From NCBI RefSeq assembly GCF_000284115.1, contig NC_017080.1:1650001-1682000 (forward strand): a stretch of DNA of 32,000 bases, given 5' to 3'. The translations under genes and the position numbers were made by a program. Below the pieces are notes generated by a model. It saw only the letters and a list, made by a program, of their open reading frames with translations. It had not been told where the DNA came from and ran no database searches. The stretch is from Phycisphaera mikurensis NBRC 102666. GTDB lineage: Bacteria > Planctomycetota > Phycisphaerae > Phycisphaerales > Phycisphaeraceae. Shown here one piece after another: positions 17,991 to 27,135 of this stretch (positions within the stretch are counted from its first letter, which is position 1; each line of letters starts with the position of its first letter).

Positions 17991-18737
17991 ATGAACGCCG
18001 CGGCCGACACGACCGAACAGCCGACCGAGGAGGGCCGCCGCAGGCGGGCGATCGCCGAGAAGCTCCACAAGAAGATGGAGGAGCAGAGCACCGGGAAGCT
18101 CTACGACCTCTGGGCCGGCGTCTACGACCACACCTTCGGGGCGCTGGTCCACCGCCGGCAGACCCGGGCGATCCAGGAGCTCCGGGCCAAGCCCGGCGAG
18201 CGGGTGCTGGATCTGGGCGTGGGCACGGGGCTGTCGCTGGTGAAGTACCCGGCGGGCACGGAGGTGGTCGGGGTGGACCTCTCGATGGGGATGCTGGACA
18301 AGGCCCGCAACCGGCTGCGCGAGTGCGCGTCGAGGGGCCGCGGCTCGGTGACGCTCGCCCAGGCCGACGCGATGAACACGCCTTTCGCCGACGGCAGCTT
18401 CGACCACGTCATGATCAGCCACGTGATCTCGGTGGTGAGCGACCCGAACCGGCTGCTCCAAGAGGCGAAGCGGATCCTGAAGCCCGGGGGTCGGATCGTG
18501 GTGCTCAACCACTTCCAGAGCGCGTCCCCGGCGTTGGCGCTCGCCGAGGGCGTGCTGAATCCGGTCTTCGTCAAGATCGGCTGGCGCAGCGACCTCACGC
18601 TCGAGGAGTGCATCGCCGGGCTCAACCTCGGCGTGAAGTACCACTTCAAGCTGTCGGCGGTGGACTTCTGGCAGATCGTCGTGCTCGGAGATGCCGGGAG
18701 CCCGACCGGGACGGCGCGCGAAGAAGAGAGCCGCTGA
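17991..18737 (+). CDS. SAM-dependent class I methyltransferase (phospholipid N-methyltransferase/UbiE-like)
   Basis: 248 aa; [53 protein letters not shown]. Confidence 0.85.
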   Translation: MNAAADTTEQPTEEGRRRRAIAEKLHKKMEEQSTGKLYDLWAGVYDHTFGALVHRRQTRAIQELRAKPGERVLDLGVGTGLSLVKYPAGTEVVGVDLSMGMLDKARNRLRECASRGRGSVTLAQADAMNTPFADGSFDHVMISHVISVVSDPNRLLQEAKRILKPGGRIVVLNHFQSASPALALAEGVLNPVFVKIGWRSDLTLEECIAGLNLGVKYHFKLSAVDFWQIVVLGDAGSPTGTAREEESR

Positions 18738-18803
18738 GAGAGGAAGGACCTCAGCGACCGCCGCCGCCGGCGGCGCCCCCGCTCTGGCTCCTGCCTGGGT
18801 CGC

Positions 18804-19685
18804 TCACGCTCTTGCTTGCTCCCTTGCCCGCTCATCGGGCGCAGCGGCCACGCCTCCGTCCCACCCCAGCAGCTCCGCCCGCGCCCGCAGCCACGCCGCC
18901 TGGTCGCTGCGCCCCGTCGCTTCCGCCGCCTGCGCCAGCATCGCGTGCACCTCGCCGCAGGCCCGGGCGGGCAGCAGCTCGGCGAGCGCGACCCGCTGGC
19001 GGAGGTTCACCAGCGCGGCGGCGGGCTGGCCGATGGCCAGCTCGTAGCGGAGCTGGAGGATCAGCCGCTGCATCGACTGCGGGAGCTTCAGCTCGAGGCC
19101 CGCGAGGGCGACCAGCGGGCCCCACGCCTCGGCCGGGCGGCCGGTCTCCAGCAGGCTCTCCACGAGCATGAGCAGCACGTCGGGCCGGGCGGCCTCGGCC
19201 GGCCCCATCGGGCGGGCGAGCACGGAGGCGCAGAGGTCGGCGGCCTCGGCGTGGCGGCCCTGTGCGTGGCGGATGGTCGCCCAGACCTGATAGATCGACA
19301 GCCGCACCCAGCCCAGCAGCGCTCGGCGGCCGAGCAGCTCGCGCAGCGCCGCCTCGGACTCCCGGAACAGCGGCGGCCGCTGCTGCACGAGCGGAAGCAG
19401 GGCCCGGGCCGAGGTCGCGGCCCGAGCGTTCAGGAAGCCGAAGCCCAGCCACGCGGCGACGACGCAGATCCCGGCGAAGAGCCCGAAGAGCGGACCGCCG
19501 AAGCCCACGCTCGCCAGCGCCACCAGCACCACCACCAAGCCGAAGGTCGAGCGGCGGAGCAGCGCGTCGAAGCCGAGCTCGCGGTCGAGGCGGGCCGGCC
19601 GGAAGCGCGGCAGCGGGTCGGCGTCGACGCTGCGGCGGCGGTCGGCGGGCTCGACGGCGGCGTCGCGGGCGGGGTTGTCGCTCAC
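18804..19685 (-). CDS. Membrane-anchored tetratricopeptide-like protein, function unknown
   Basis: GTG start at 19685 overlaps the upstream stop (GTGA). TM segment STFGLVVVLVALASVGFGGPLFGLFAGICVVAAW followed by Ala/Leu-rich helical repeats. Confidence 0.6.
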   Translation of the reverse strand: MSDNPARDAAVEPADRRRSVDADPLPRFRPARLDRELGFDALLRRSTFGLVVVLVALASVGFGGPLFGLFAGICVVAAWLGFGFLNARAATSARALLPLVQQRPPLFRESEAALRELLGRRALLGWVRLSIYQVWATIRHAQGRHAEAADLCASVLARPMGPAEAARPDVLLMLVESLLETGRPAEAWGPLVALAGLELKLPQSMQRLILQLRYELAIGQPAAALVNLRQRVALAELLPARACGEVHAMLAQAAEATGRSDQAAWLRARAELLGWDGGVAAAPDERAREQARA

Positions 19686-20692
19686 GTCGGGAGCCCCCCG
19701 GTGGCGGGGCAGCGCTCGGCGACCTCGGCCAGCCGTGGGAAGCGGTGCACCAGGGCGGGCGCGGGGATCAGCCGGGTGGCCACCGCCCACGCCGCCGCGG
19801 CGTCCTCGGCTCGGTGCAGCTTGAGGTGGCACCACGCGAGGAGCCCGTGCGCGAAGCCGGCGTCGACGCCGAGCGGCCGGAACGCGGCCACGGCCCCGCC
19901 GGCGGACTCCGCGTCGGCGACGGCGTCGGCGGCGTGCCACGTCGACACCGACTGCACGAGCTGCGCGACGCGGACCGCGGCGTGCGCGTGCTCCTCGGCC
20001 GCGCGGTCCGCGGGCGGGAACGGACGGCCGACGCGGCGGTCGTCGCCGGCGTGTCCTGCTTGGGGGTCTTCCCCGGCCGGCTCCACCGGCTCCACCGGCT
20101 CCCGCTTCTCGAGCAGCCCGCGCAGCCGGCCGAGCGTGGCGTCGCCGTCGGCGAGGCGGTCGCTCTCGAACTCCGCGATCGACCGGTGCAGCAGCGCCGA
20201 GGCGCGGGCGGGATGGTGCGGGGGCAGCCGCTCCAGCAGCGCCTCGGTGGCCACCAGCGTCGCCTCCTGGTGCCGCAGCGTCTGCAGGGCCTGCGCCATC
20301 ACGTGCAGGCACCCGGCCGAGGCGGCGGGCTCGTGCACCGTGTCGTCGAGCCACGCGTCGGCCGCGTGGTACGCCGCCGCCGGCCGCCGCGTGCGCAGCA
20401 GCGTTTCCGCTTGCTCCAGCCCCTCGCCCACCCGGCGCGACTGCCGGGCCCGCCGCACCGCGAGCAGGGCGATCCCGCCGAGCACGAGCCACGGCGCGAG
20501 CGTCCCGATCAGCGGCGGGCCGGCCAGCGCCGCCAGCAGCGCGAGCCCGACGGCCGCGATCGGCAGGGCCCGGCGGGAGGCCGGGACCGGGTGCGGCTGG
20601 GTCTCCTCCAGCCGCTCCCGGAGCCCGTCGGCGTCGGGTAGCGTCGTCCGCGGGGCCGCGCCTTTCTCGTGGGGGTTGCGCGTCAAGTCCAC
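19682..20692 (-). CDS. Membrane-anchored tetratricopeptide-like protein, function unknown
   Basis: 336 aa; hydrophobic segments LPIAAVGLALLAALAGPPLIGTLAPWLVLGGIALLAV; helical repeats; translationally coupled to the downstream gene. Confidence 0.6.
   Translation of the reverse strand: MDLTRNPHEKGAAPRTTLPDADGLRERLEETQPHPVPASRRALPIAAVGLALLAALAGPPLIGTLAPWLVLGGIALLAVRRARQSRRVGEGLEQAETLLRTRRPAAAYHAADAWLDDTVHEPAASAGCLHVMAQALQTLRHQEATLVATEALLERLPPHHPARASALLHRSIAEFESDRLADGDATLGRLRGLLEKREPVEPVEPAGEDPQAGHAGDDRRVGRPFPPADRAAEEHAHAAVRVAQLVQSVSTWHAADAVADAESAGGAVAAFRPLGVDAGFAHGLLAWCHLKLHRAEDAAAAWAVATRLIPAPALVHRFPRLAEVAERCPATGGLPT
19968..20013. repeat. 46-bp dyad, coding copy with one arm mismatch
   Basis: ACGCGGACCG 19968-19977 and CGGTCCGCGG 20004-20013. 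Confidence 0.6.
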
Positions 20693-20727
20693 AGGTTAGA
20701 GCCCGCCGGGATCCCGTTGCCGCCGCC

Positions 20728-21222
20728 ATGCCGATCCACCTGATCTACGCCCGCTCTCTGGACCACTGCATCGGCCGCGACGGCGGCCTGCCGTGGCGGC
20801 TGCCCGCGGACTTCCGGCACTTCAAGCGGACGACGCTGGGCCACCCGATCGTGATGGGCCGCAAGACCTACGGCGACCACCAGAGCGTGCTGCCCGGCCG
20901 CACCAACGTCGTCCTCAGCCGCGACCCCGGCTTCCGCGGGGCCGACGGCATCGTGGTCCGCCACGACCTCGAAGCCGCGCTGGACGAGTACGGCGCCGGC
21001 GGCCGCCTCGCCTTCGTCATCGGCGGCGCCGGCGTCTTCTCCGCCGCCTTCCCCCGCGCCGAGGCGGTGATCGAGACGATCGTGCGGACCGAGGTCCCCG
21101 AGGGCGACGTCCGCGTGGAAGCCTTCGACTTCGCCGGCTGGCGGAGCGAGAAGATCCTCGAGCACGGCGCAGACGAGCGGCACGCATTCGCCTTCGAGGT
21201 TTGGGAGCGGAAGAGGCCCTGA
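20728..21222 (+). CDS. folA: Dihydrofolate reductase
   Basis: 164 aa; IYARSLDHCIGRDGGLPWRLPADFRHFKRTTLGHPIVMGRKTY, FVIGGAGVFSAAFP. Confidence 0.93.
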   Translation: MPIHLIYARSLDHCIGRDGGLPWRLPADFRHFKRTTLGHPIVMGRKTYGDHQSVLPGRTNVVLSRDPGFRGADGIVVRHDLEAALDEYGAGGRLAFVIGGAGVFSAAFPRAEAVIETIVRTEVPEGDVRVEAFDFAGWRSEKILEHGADERHAFAFEVWERKRP

Positions 21223-21310
21223 GCGGCGGCGGCCGGGATCAGGAGGCGGATCGAAAGCCGAAGCGCAAGAGGACCACCACGGCCCACCCGCGGCGGCGCC
21301 CGCGCCCCCG

Positions 21311-21425
21311 CTCCTTCACCTCCTCACCTCCTCACCTCCTCACCTCCTCACCTCCTCACCTCCTCACTTCTCCGCTTCTTCACTTCTTCGCTTCCCCGCT
21401 TCTTCGCTTGCTCCCGCCCGCCCGC
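21311..21425. repeat. Pyrimidine-rich simple/minisatellite repeat (CTCCTCAC)n grading into CTTCTTCGC-type units
   Basis: About seven tandem CTCCTCAC-like octamers, then degenerate cttcttcacttcttcgcttccccgcttcttcgc; between folA and polX. Confidence 0.85.
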
Positions 21426-21456
21426 CCGCCCCGCCCCCCGCTCGTAGCCTCGCCCG

Positions 21457-23250
21457 ATGCCCAGCACCAACGCGTCGCTCACCGCCGTCTTCGAAGACAT
21501 GGCCCGGCTCACCGAGGTGCTCGGCGGCAACGGCTTCAAGGTCAACGCCTTCGTGAAGGCGGCGCGGGTGGTGGAGGCGCTGGAGCGGGACGCCGCTTCC
21601 TTCAGCCGGTCCGAGCTGGTCGCGCTGCCGGGCGTGGGCACGGGCACGGCCGACCGGATCCTCGAGTTCGTCGAAAGCGGGGCGGTCGCCGACCACGAGG
21701 ACCTCAAGGAGCGCGTCCCCGCCGGCGTCGTCGCGCTGATGGGGATCTCGGGCATCGGGCCCAAGTCGGCGGCGCGCTTCTGGCACGAGGCGGAGGTCGA
21801 GTCGATCGACGACCTCAAAGCGGCGATCGACGACGGCCGCCTGGCGGCGCTGAAGGGCTTCGGGCAGAAGAAGATCGACGGCATCGCGAAGTCGCTCGCC
21901 TTCGCCGAGAGGTTCGGCGACCGCCACCGCCGCGGCGTCGCGGCGGCGCTGGCGGGAGCCGTGGCCGAGGCCGTGGCCGGCGTCGAGGGCGTCCGCCGGG
22001 TGGAGGCCGCGGGATCGCTGCGACGCGGGGCCGAGACGATCGGCGACGTCGACGTGCTCGCCGCGGTTCCCGGACCCGGCCCCTCGGCGGAGGACCCCAC
22101 GCCCGCGCCCGACCCCGGCGTCACCGCCGCGGTCTTCGATGCGGTCGAGAAGCTCGACGGCGTCGAAGAGGTCCTCGTCCGCGGCGACACCAAGCTGTCC
22201 GTCCGCTTCGGAGCCGGCCTGCAGGCCGACGTGCGGGCCGTGCCCGCCGCCTGCTTCGGGGCGGCGCTGGCGTACTTCACCGGGTCCAAGGAGCACAACG
22301 TCGCGCTGCGCGAGCGGGCGGGCAAGCGGGGGATGAGCCTCAGCGAGTACGCGCTGACGGACAAGCGGGGCGGGGCGGTCGTCGCCTCGGCCACCGAGGC
22401 GGAGATCCACGGAGCCCTCGGCCTCGCCTTCGTGCCGCCCGAGCTGCGGGAGGACCGCGGCGAGGTGCAGCGTGCGGAGGCGGCCCACGACGCCGGCGAG
22501 CCGCTGCCGCGGCTCGTCGAGACGGCCGACCTCAAAGCCGAGCTGCACGCCCACACGACCGCGTCCGACGGCGTCATGAGCATCGACGAGCTGGTCGAGG
22601 CGGCGCTGGCCCGCGGCTTCCACTCGGTCGCCGTCACCGATCACTCGCGGAGCCAGGTGCAGGCCAACGGCCTCTCCGCGGGCCGGCTGGAGAAGCACAT
22701 CGAGGCGGTGCGGGACGCGGCGAAACGCTGGAAGAAGCAGATCAGCGTGCTCGCCGGCAGCGAGGTCGACATCCTCGCCGACGGCACGATGGACTACCCC
22801 GACGACCTGCTCGCGGAGCTGGACGTCGTCGTGGCCAGCCCCCACGCCGCGCTCGCGCAGGAGCCGGAGGCCGCGACGAGGCGGCTGCTGCGCGCCATCG
22901 AGAACCCGCACGTCACGGTGATGGGCCACCTCACCGGCAGGCTCGTGCTCAAGCGTGAGGGCCTCTCGCCGGACATGCCGGCGATCGTGAAGGCGGCGGC
23001 CGACCGCGGCGTCGCTCTGGAGATCAACGCCAGCCCCTACCGCCTCGACCTCCGCGACCGCCACGCCGCCCTCGCGCTGGAGGCCGGCGTCCGGCTCGCG
23101 ATCAACACCGACGCCCACGGCCCCGACAACTTCCTCAACGCCGTGCACGGCGTGGCGACGGCGCGGCGGGCGGGAGCGCAGGCCCGCGACGTCGTCAACA
23201 CCTTCGGCCGGGAAGAGCTGGCGGCGTGGATCCGGTCGACGAAGCGTTAG
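21457..23250 (+). CDS. polX: DNA polymerase/3'-5' exonuclease PolX (Pol X + PHP domains)
   Basis: 597 aa; HhH motifs LPGVGTGTADRI and ISGIGPKSAARF, GSLRRGAETIGDVDVLA, PHP motif LHAHTTASDG, TDHSRSQ, ITVMGHLTGR-like, INTDAH. Confidence 0.95.
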   Translation: MPSTNASLTAVFEDMARLTEVLGGNGFKVNAFVKAARVVEALERDAASFSRSELVALPGVGTGTADRILEFVESGAVADHEDLKERVPAGVVALMGISGIGPKSAARFWHEAEVESIDDLKAAIDDGRLAALKGFGQKKIDGIAKSLAFAERFGDRHRRGVAAALAGAVAEAVAGVEGVRRVEAAGSLRRGAETIGDVDVLAAVPGPGPSAEDPTPAPDPGVTAAVFDAVEKLDGVEEVLVRGDTKLSVRFGAGLQADVRAVPAACFGAALAYFTGSKEHNVALRERAGKRGMSLSEYALTDKRGGAVVASATEAEIHGALGLAFVPPELREDRGEVQRAEAAHDAGEPLPRLVETADLKAELHAHTTASDGVMSIDELVEAALARGFHSVAVTDHSRSQVQANGLSAGRLEKHIEAVRDAAKRWKKQISVLAGSEVDILADGTMDYPDDLLAELDVVVASPHAALAQEPEAATRRLLRAIENPHVTVMGHLTGRLVLKREGLSPDMPAIVKAAADRGVALEINASPYRLDLRDRHAALALEAGVRLAINTDAHGPDNFLNAVHGVATARRAGAQARDVVNTFGREELAAWIRSTKR

Positions 23251-23354
23251 CGCCCCGCCCGCTCGGGGTCGACCTTTTGGCCCCTGCATGCGATTCTCTC
23301 CACCCCCGAGCGGGCTGGACCTTCAACAGGCTTTCCGAACCCGGCCGATGCCCG

Positions 23355-23458
23355 GGTGCCACGCCGCTCGCGGGGTGGGTGCCCGCGGGACACGCGGCCG
23401 ATCCGCGATCCGCTCGCGTCGCCTCCGGCGACCGCCACCCCGCAAGCGGCGTGGCACC
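23355..23458. repeat. Dispersed palindromic extragenic element, copy 2
   Basis: GGTGCCACGCCGCTCGCGGGGTGG...CCACCCCGCAAGCGGCGTGGCACC (24-nt arms, one mismatch); internal GACACGCGGCC shared with copy 1. Confidence 0.9.
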
Positions 23459-23501
23459 GAGGCTGCCGAGCACCCGGCCGCAAGAGACGCGTCGCCGCGG
23501 A

Positions 23502-23879
23502 TCAGAGCCCGCTGTCGACGCGGAGCCGGATCCGCCGCAGGGCGGGGCCGCGGTTGGCTTTGATGATCTCGACGCGGAGGCCGCCGCGGAGCAAGCGGTC
23601 CAGCACGTCCAGCGTCGCCGAGGAGTCGACCGCCACGCTCAGCGTCCCGCGGGTGAGGCTCTCGAGGCGGGTGCGGCCGGCGACCGCCGGCGGGACGAGC
23701 TCGTTCCACACCCCGACGAGGCCGGCGAGCTGCTTGTGCGGCCGGGCGACCTCGCGCTGGAAGGCCGCCGCCAGGAAGCCGAGGGACTCGTCCCGCTCCG
23801 GCCGGACCCGGAAGCCCCGCACCCGCTGCAGCCGCTCCTCGGGGTCGCGCGGGCCGAAGGAAGCGAGGGGGCCGGGCAT
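23502..23879 (-). CDS. DUF721/DciA-like protein (possible replicative helicase loader)
   Basis: 125 aa; LAGLVGVWNELVPPAVAGRTRLESLTRGTLSVAVDSSATLDVL resembles the DciA core pattern. Confidence 0.7.
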   Translation of the reverse strand: MPGPLASFGPRDPEERLQRVRGFRVRPERDESLGFLAAAFQREVARPHKQLAGLVGVWNELVPPAVAGRTRLESLTRGTLSVAVDSSATLDVLDRLLRGGLRVEIIKANRGPALRRIRLRVDSGL

Positions 23880-23893
23880 GGCCGGAGCCTAAT

Positions 23894-23939
23894 CCGCGGA
23901 CCGCGGCTCCCGAGACGACCAAACGGCAACGGTCCGCGG
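23894..23939. repeat. 46-bp dyad, intergenic between divergent dciA-like gene and aroK
   Basis: CCGCGGACCG 23894-23903 and exact reverse complement CGGTCCGCGG 23930-23939. Confidence 0.85.
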
Positions 23940-23954
23940 CGTTAGCCTCGCGGG

Positions 23955-24530
23955 GTGGCCGATCCTCCCCCGCCCACGCACGCGCCCCCGCCCCGCGGCG
24001 TCGTGCTGATCGGCTACCGCGGCAGCGGCAAGAGCACGGTCGGCGAAGCCCTCGCCGAGCGGCTCGGCCGCCCCTTCATCGACACGGATGCCGACGTGCG
24101 GGCACGCTTCGGCGGCCGCGACGCGGCCGAGGTCTTCGCGGACCCGAGCCTCGGGGAGAAGGGCTTCCGGGAGGTCGAGGCCGCGGCGGTCGCGGAGGCG
24201 ATGGCCGGGGCCGCGGCGGGCGCCGTTGTCGCCACCGGCGGCGGGGCGGTGACCGAGTCGGCCGCCGGCCGCGCCGCGGTCACCGCCTGCCCCGCCCTGT
24301 GCGTCTACCTGCACGCGGAGGCCGCCGTGCTGGCGGCGCGCATCTCCGCCGACCCGCACAACCGCCGCCCCGGCCTCTCCGCCGCCGACGCCGACCCCGC
24401 GGCCGAGGTCGCGGAGCTGCTCAAGCGGCGCGAGCCGATCTACCGGGCGGTCGCGGACGAGACCGTCGGCGTGGCCGACCTGACGCCCGCGGAGGCCGTC
24501 GACGCCGTGGTGGCCCTCCTGCCGCGCTGA
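23955..24530 (+). CDS. aroK: Shikimate kinase
   Basis: 191 aa; VVLIGYRGSGKSTVGEALAERLGRPFIDTDADV, EKGFREVE, VVATGGGAV, RRPGLS. Confidence 0.93.
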   Translation: MADPPPPTHAPPPRGVVLIGYRGSGKSTVGEALAERLGRPFIDTDADVRARFGGRDAAEVFADPSLGEKGFREVEAAAVAEAMAGAAAGAVVATGGGAVTESAAGRAAVTACPALCVYLHAEAAVLAARISADPHNRRPGLSAADADPAAEVAELLKRREPIYRAVADETVGVADLTPAEAVDAVVALLPR

Positions 24531-24714
24531 AGCGACCGCCACGACTCCGCGGACGCGGGCCCGGCCGCGCACGGCCCGGAGGGAGCCCCGGCGTTCGAGC
24601 GGAGCCAGGTGGCGGTGCCACGCCCCCCAGGGCTCAGCGCCCTCGCCATGCCTCGAGGCGACCCGTTTCCACGGTCCGGGCGAGCGATCGCGCGAGCGGC
24701 TCGCCGGAAGGGCC

Positions 24715-27135
24715 TCAGCTGCGCCGCTTGCGGCGCTTCCTCCGGCCGCCGTGGCCCTCCGCCTCGCCGTCCCCGCGGCCGCGGTCGCCGGAGCTGCGTC
24801 GGCGGCCGTCGCCGCGCCCGCGTTCCTGCCCGCCCGCCCCTCCCTTGGCCCGGGGCAGCACGTCGCTCCCGGGGAAGACGATGGCCAGGTCCATCTGCCG
24901 CGTCACGGTGTTGACACCCGCGATGCGGACGGTGAAGCGGTCGCCGATGGCGATCGTCTTGCCGGAGCGGTCGGCAACGAGCTGGCCGGTGTTGCGGTTG
25001 AGCTTCCAGAAGTCGCCGATGGCCGAGGGCAGGTCGCTGATCTTGACGAAGCCGTCGACGAGGAAGCGGTTGAGCTGGATGAAGCAGCCCTGCCCGACGA
25101 CCCCGGTGACGGTGCCGTCGAAGTCCTCGCCCAGCCGCCCGGACAGCATCTCCAGCACCATGTAGTTGCGCAGCTCTCGCTCGGCCAGCGCGGAGTTGCG
25201 CTCGGTGGTGCCGCAGTGCTGGCCGATCTCGACGAGCTCTTCGTGATCGGGCACGGCCTTGTGCTTGGCCAAGCCGTTGCGGATCGCCTTGATGCGGGTC
25301 TTGCCCTTGGCCTTGAGCTTCGCGTCGACCTCCAGGTACGCGTCGATCCCGCGGTGGACGATCAGGTCGGGGTAGCGGCGGATCGGGCTGGTGAAGTGCG
25401 TGTAGTCCTCGGCGGCGAGGGCGAAGTGGCCGATCAACGCCGGCGAATACTCCGCCTTCATCATCGTCTTGAGCACGGCGAAGTGCACCGCCTGCTGCGC
25501 CGGCTTGCCGCGGACCGCCTCGAGCAGCTGCTGGAGCTGGTGGCGATCGGGCTTGTCGGGGATGTTCATCCCGGCGACGCGGCTGTAGCTCTGCAGGTTG
25601 CTCGTGTCGAGGCTGTCCGGCTCGGGGTGCGTCCGGCGGAGCATCGGGACGTCGACCTTGGCGAACAGCCGGGCGGCGGCCTCGTTGGCCTCCACCATGA
25701 ACATCTCAATGATCTTGTGCGTGTACGCGTCGTCTTCGGGGGCGGCGTCCACGACCCGTCCCTCCTCGTCGTAGATCAAGCCGACCTCGGGGAGGCCGAG
25801 CACGATCATGCCCTGCGCCATGCGGCGGGCGCGGATCACCCGCGCCAGCTCGTTCATGTCCTTGCAGCTCTGGATCAGCTTCTTGGGGTACTTCGCCACG
25901 CCGCCGGAGTCGGTCCTGCAGTGCTTGCGGGCCTCCTTCACGTCGCCGTCGATCAGGGCCTGCGCCTCCAGGTACGTCATCCGCTGGCTGGAGCGGATGA
26001 CGCTCTTGGTGAAGCGGTCGGAGACGACCTCGCCCTCTTCGGTCAGGCGAACGAACACCGTCTTGGCGTAGCGGTCGACGTTGGGCTGCAGGCTGCAGAC
26101 GCCGTTGGAGAGCACCTCGGGCAGCATCGGCACGACCTTCTTGGGCAGGTAGGTCGAGTTGCCGCGGGCGTAGGCCTCCTTCTCCAACGCCGAGCCGGGG
26201 GTGACGAAGGCGGCGACGTCGGCGATGTGGACGCCGAGTTCCCAGCTCGCGCCGTCGTCTTCCTTGGAGGCGTCGAGCCGCTCCAGCGAGATCGCGTCGT
26301 CGTAGTCCTTCGCGTCCGGCGGGTCGATGGTCGTGATGAAGAGCTTGCGGAGGTCGGCCCGGTCCTTGGGCAGCTTCTTCACGTCCATCTTGCCGGCGGC
26401 GTCGCGGGCCTCCTGCATGACGTCCTCGGGGAAGTCGCCGGCGAGCCCGAAGGCGGCCATGACGGCGGCGGTCTCCACGTGGGGCAGCCCGGCCTCGCCG
26501 AGCACCTCGGTGATGACGCCCTCGGGCAGGTCGTCCTCGCCGGGTTCGGGGAACCGGACGATCTCGACCACCACCTTGTCGCCCGCTCTGGCGCCGGCGG
26601 AGCCGGCGTCGAGGATGCGGATCGGGTCTTCGAGCAGCCGGCCGTCCACGATGACGCGGTACTTCATCCCGTCGCCGACCTTCTTGCTCTCCAGCACGCC
26701 GGCGTAGCGGCGGTCGGCCCGCTCGGTGATCTCCTGGATCTTCGCGATGAAGGGGCTCTTGCCGGGGGCGGCGCGGCCCTCCTCCTTCACCACCTCGGCC
26801 CGCACGCGGTCGCCGGTCATGGCGTTGCCGATGAACGGCGGCGGCACGAAGAGGTCGCCGTGGGCCACCGGCACGTCGGGGATCAGGAAGCCGAAGCCGT
26901 TGGGGTGGCGGCGGAGCACGCCCTCGATCTCGGCGCCGGGCGTCGGGAGCGAGATCGTCCGGCCGTCGTCCCGGACGATGCGTCCGGCTTCCACCAGCTC
27001 GTCCAGAGCGGTCTCGAAGGCGGAGCGGTCTTTGGGATCGACGCCGAGGGACTCGGCGATGGCGTCGGCGTCGGCGGGTTCGTAACGCTTGTCGGCGACG
27101 AGCGTGAGGATGCGGGAGCGGAATCGGGAAGGCAT
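24715..27135 (-). CDS. rnr: Ribonuclease R
   Basis: 806 aa from MPSRFRSRILTLVADKRYEP; FITTIDPPDAKDYDDAISLE, HYTHFTSPIRRYPDLIVHR, S1 domain, basic C-terminal tail RRKRRKRRS. Confidence 0.95.
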   Translation of the reverse strand: MPSRFRSRILTLVADKRYEPADADAIAESLGVDPKDRSAFETALDELVEAGRIVRDDGRTISLPTPGAEIEGVLRRHPNGFGFLIPDVPVAHGDLFVPPPFIGNAMTGDRVRAEVVKEEGRAAPGKSPFIAKIQEITERADRRYAGVLESKKVGDGMKYRVIVDGRLLEDPIRILDAGSAGARAGDKVVVEIVRFPEPGEDDLPEGVITEVLGEAGLPHVETAAVMAAFGLAGDFPEDVMQEARDAAGKMDVKKLPKDRADLRKLFITTIDPPDAKDYDDAISLERLDASKEDDGASWELGVHIADVAAFVTPGSALEKEAYARGNSTYLPKKVVPMLPEVLSNGVCSLQPNVDRYAKTVFVRLTEEGEVVSDRFTKSVIRSSQRMTYLEAQALIDGDVKEARKHCRTDSGGVAKYPKKLIQSCKDMNELARVIRARRMAQGMIVLGLPEVGLIYDEEGRVVDAAPEDDAYTHKIIEMFMVEANEAAARLFAKVDVPMLRRTHPEPDSLDTSNLQSYSRVAGMNIPDKPDRHQLQQLLEAVRGKPAQQAVHFAVLKTMMKAEYSPALIGHFALAAEDYTHFTSPIRRYPDLIVHRGIDAYLEVDAKLKAKGKTRIKAIRNGLAKHKAVPDHEELVEIGQHCGTTERNSALAERELRNYMVLEMLSGRLGEDFDGTVTGVVGQGCFIQLNRFLVDGFVKISDLPSAIGDFWKLNRNTGQLVADRSGKTIAIGDRFTVRIAGVNTVTRQMDLAIVFPGSDVLPRAKGGAGGQERGRGDGRRRSSGDRGRGDGEAEGHGGRRKRRKRRS

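Noticed and set aside
18738-18803. Strong terminator between methyltransferase and TPR-like genes
   Set aside because: The GC palindrome CCGCCGCCGGCGGCG is present, but there is no T-tract and such palindromes are common at this GC content. Left uncalled.
24181-24216. Pair of CCGCGG sites 30 bp apart in aroK
   Set aside because: Wrong spacing and no AC/GT flanks; consistent with the chance frequency of CCGCGG in high-GC coding DNA. Other odd spacings (35, 36, 43, 54 bp) likewise appear only sporadically.
25508-25517. Single CCGCGGACCG in rnr (and other lone half-sites near 747, 1505, 8995, 20804, 24547, 28743)
   Set aside because: No partner at the +36/-36 arm position. The number of lone 8-mers matches chance expectation, so they were not counted as dyads.
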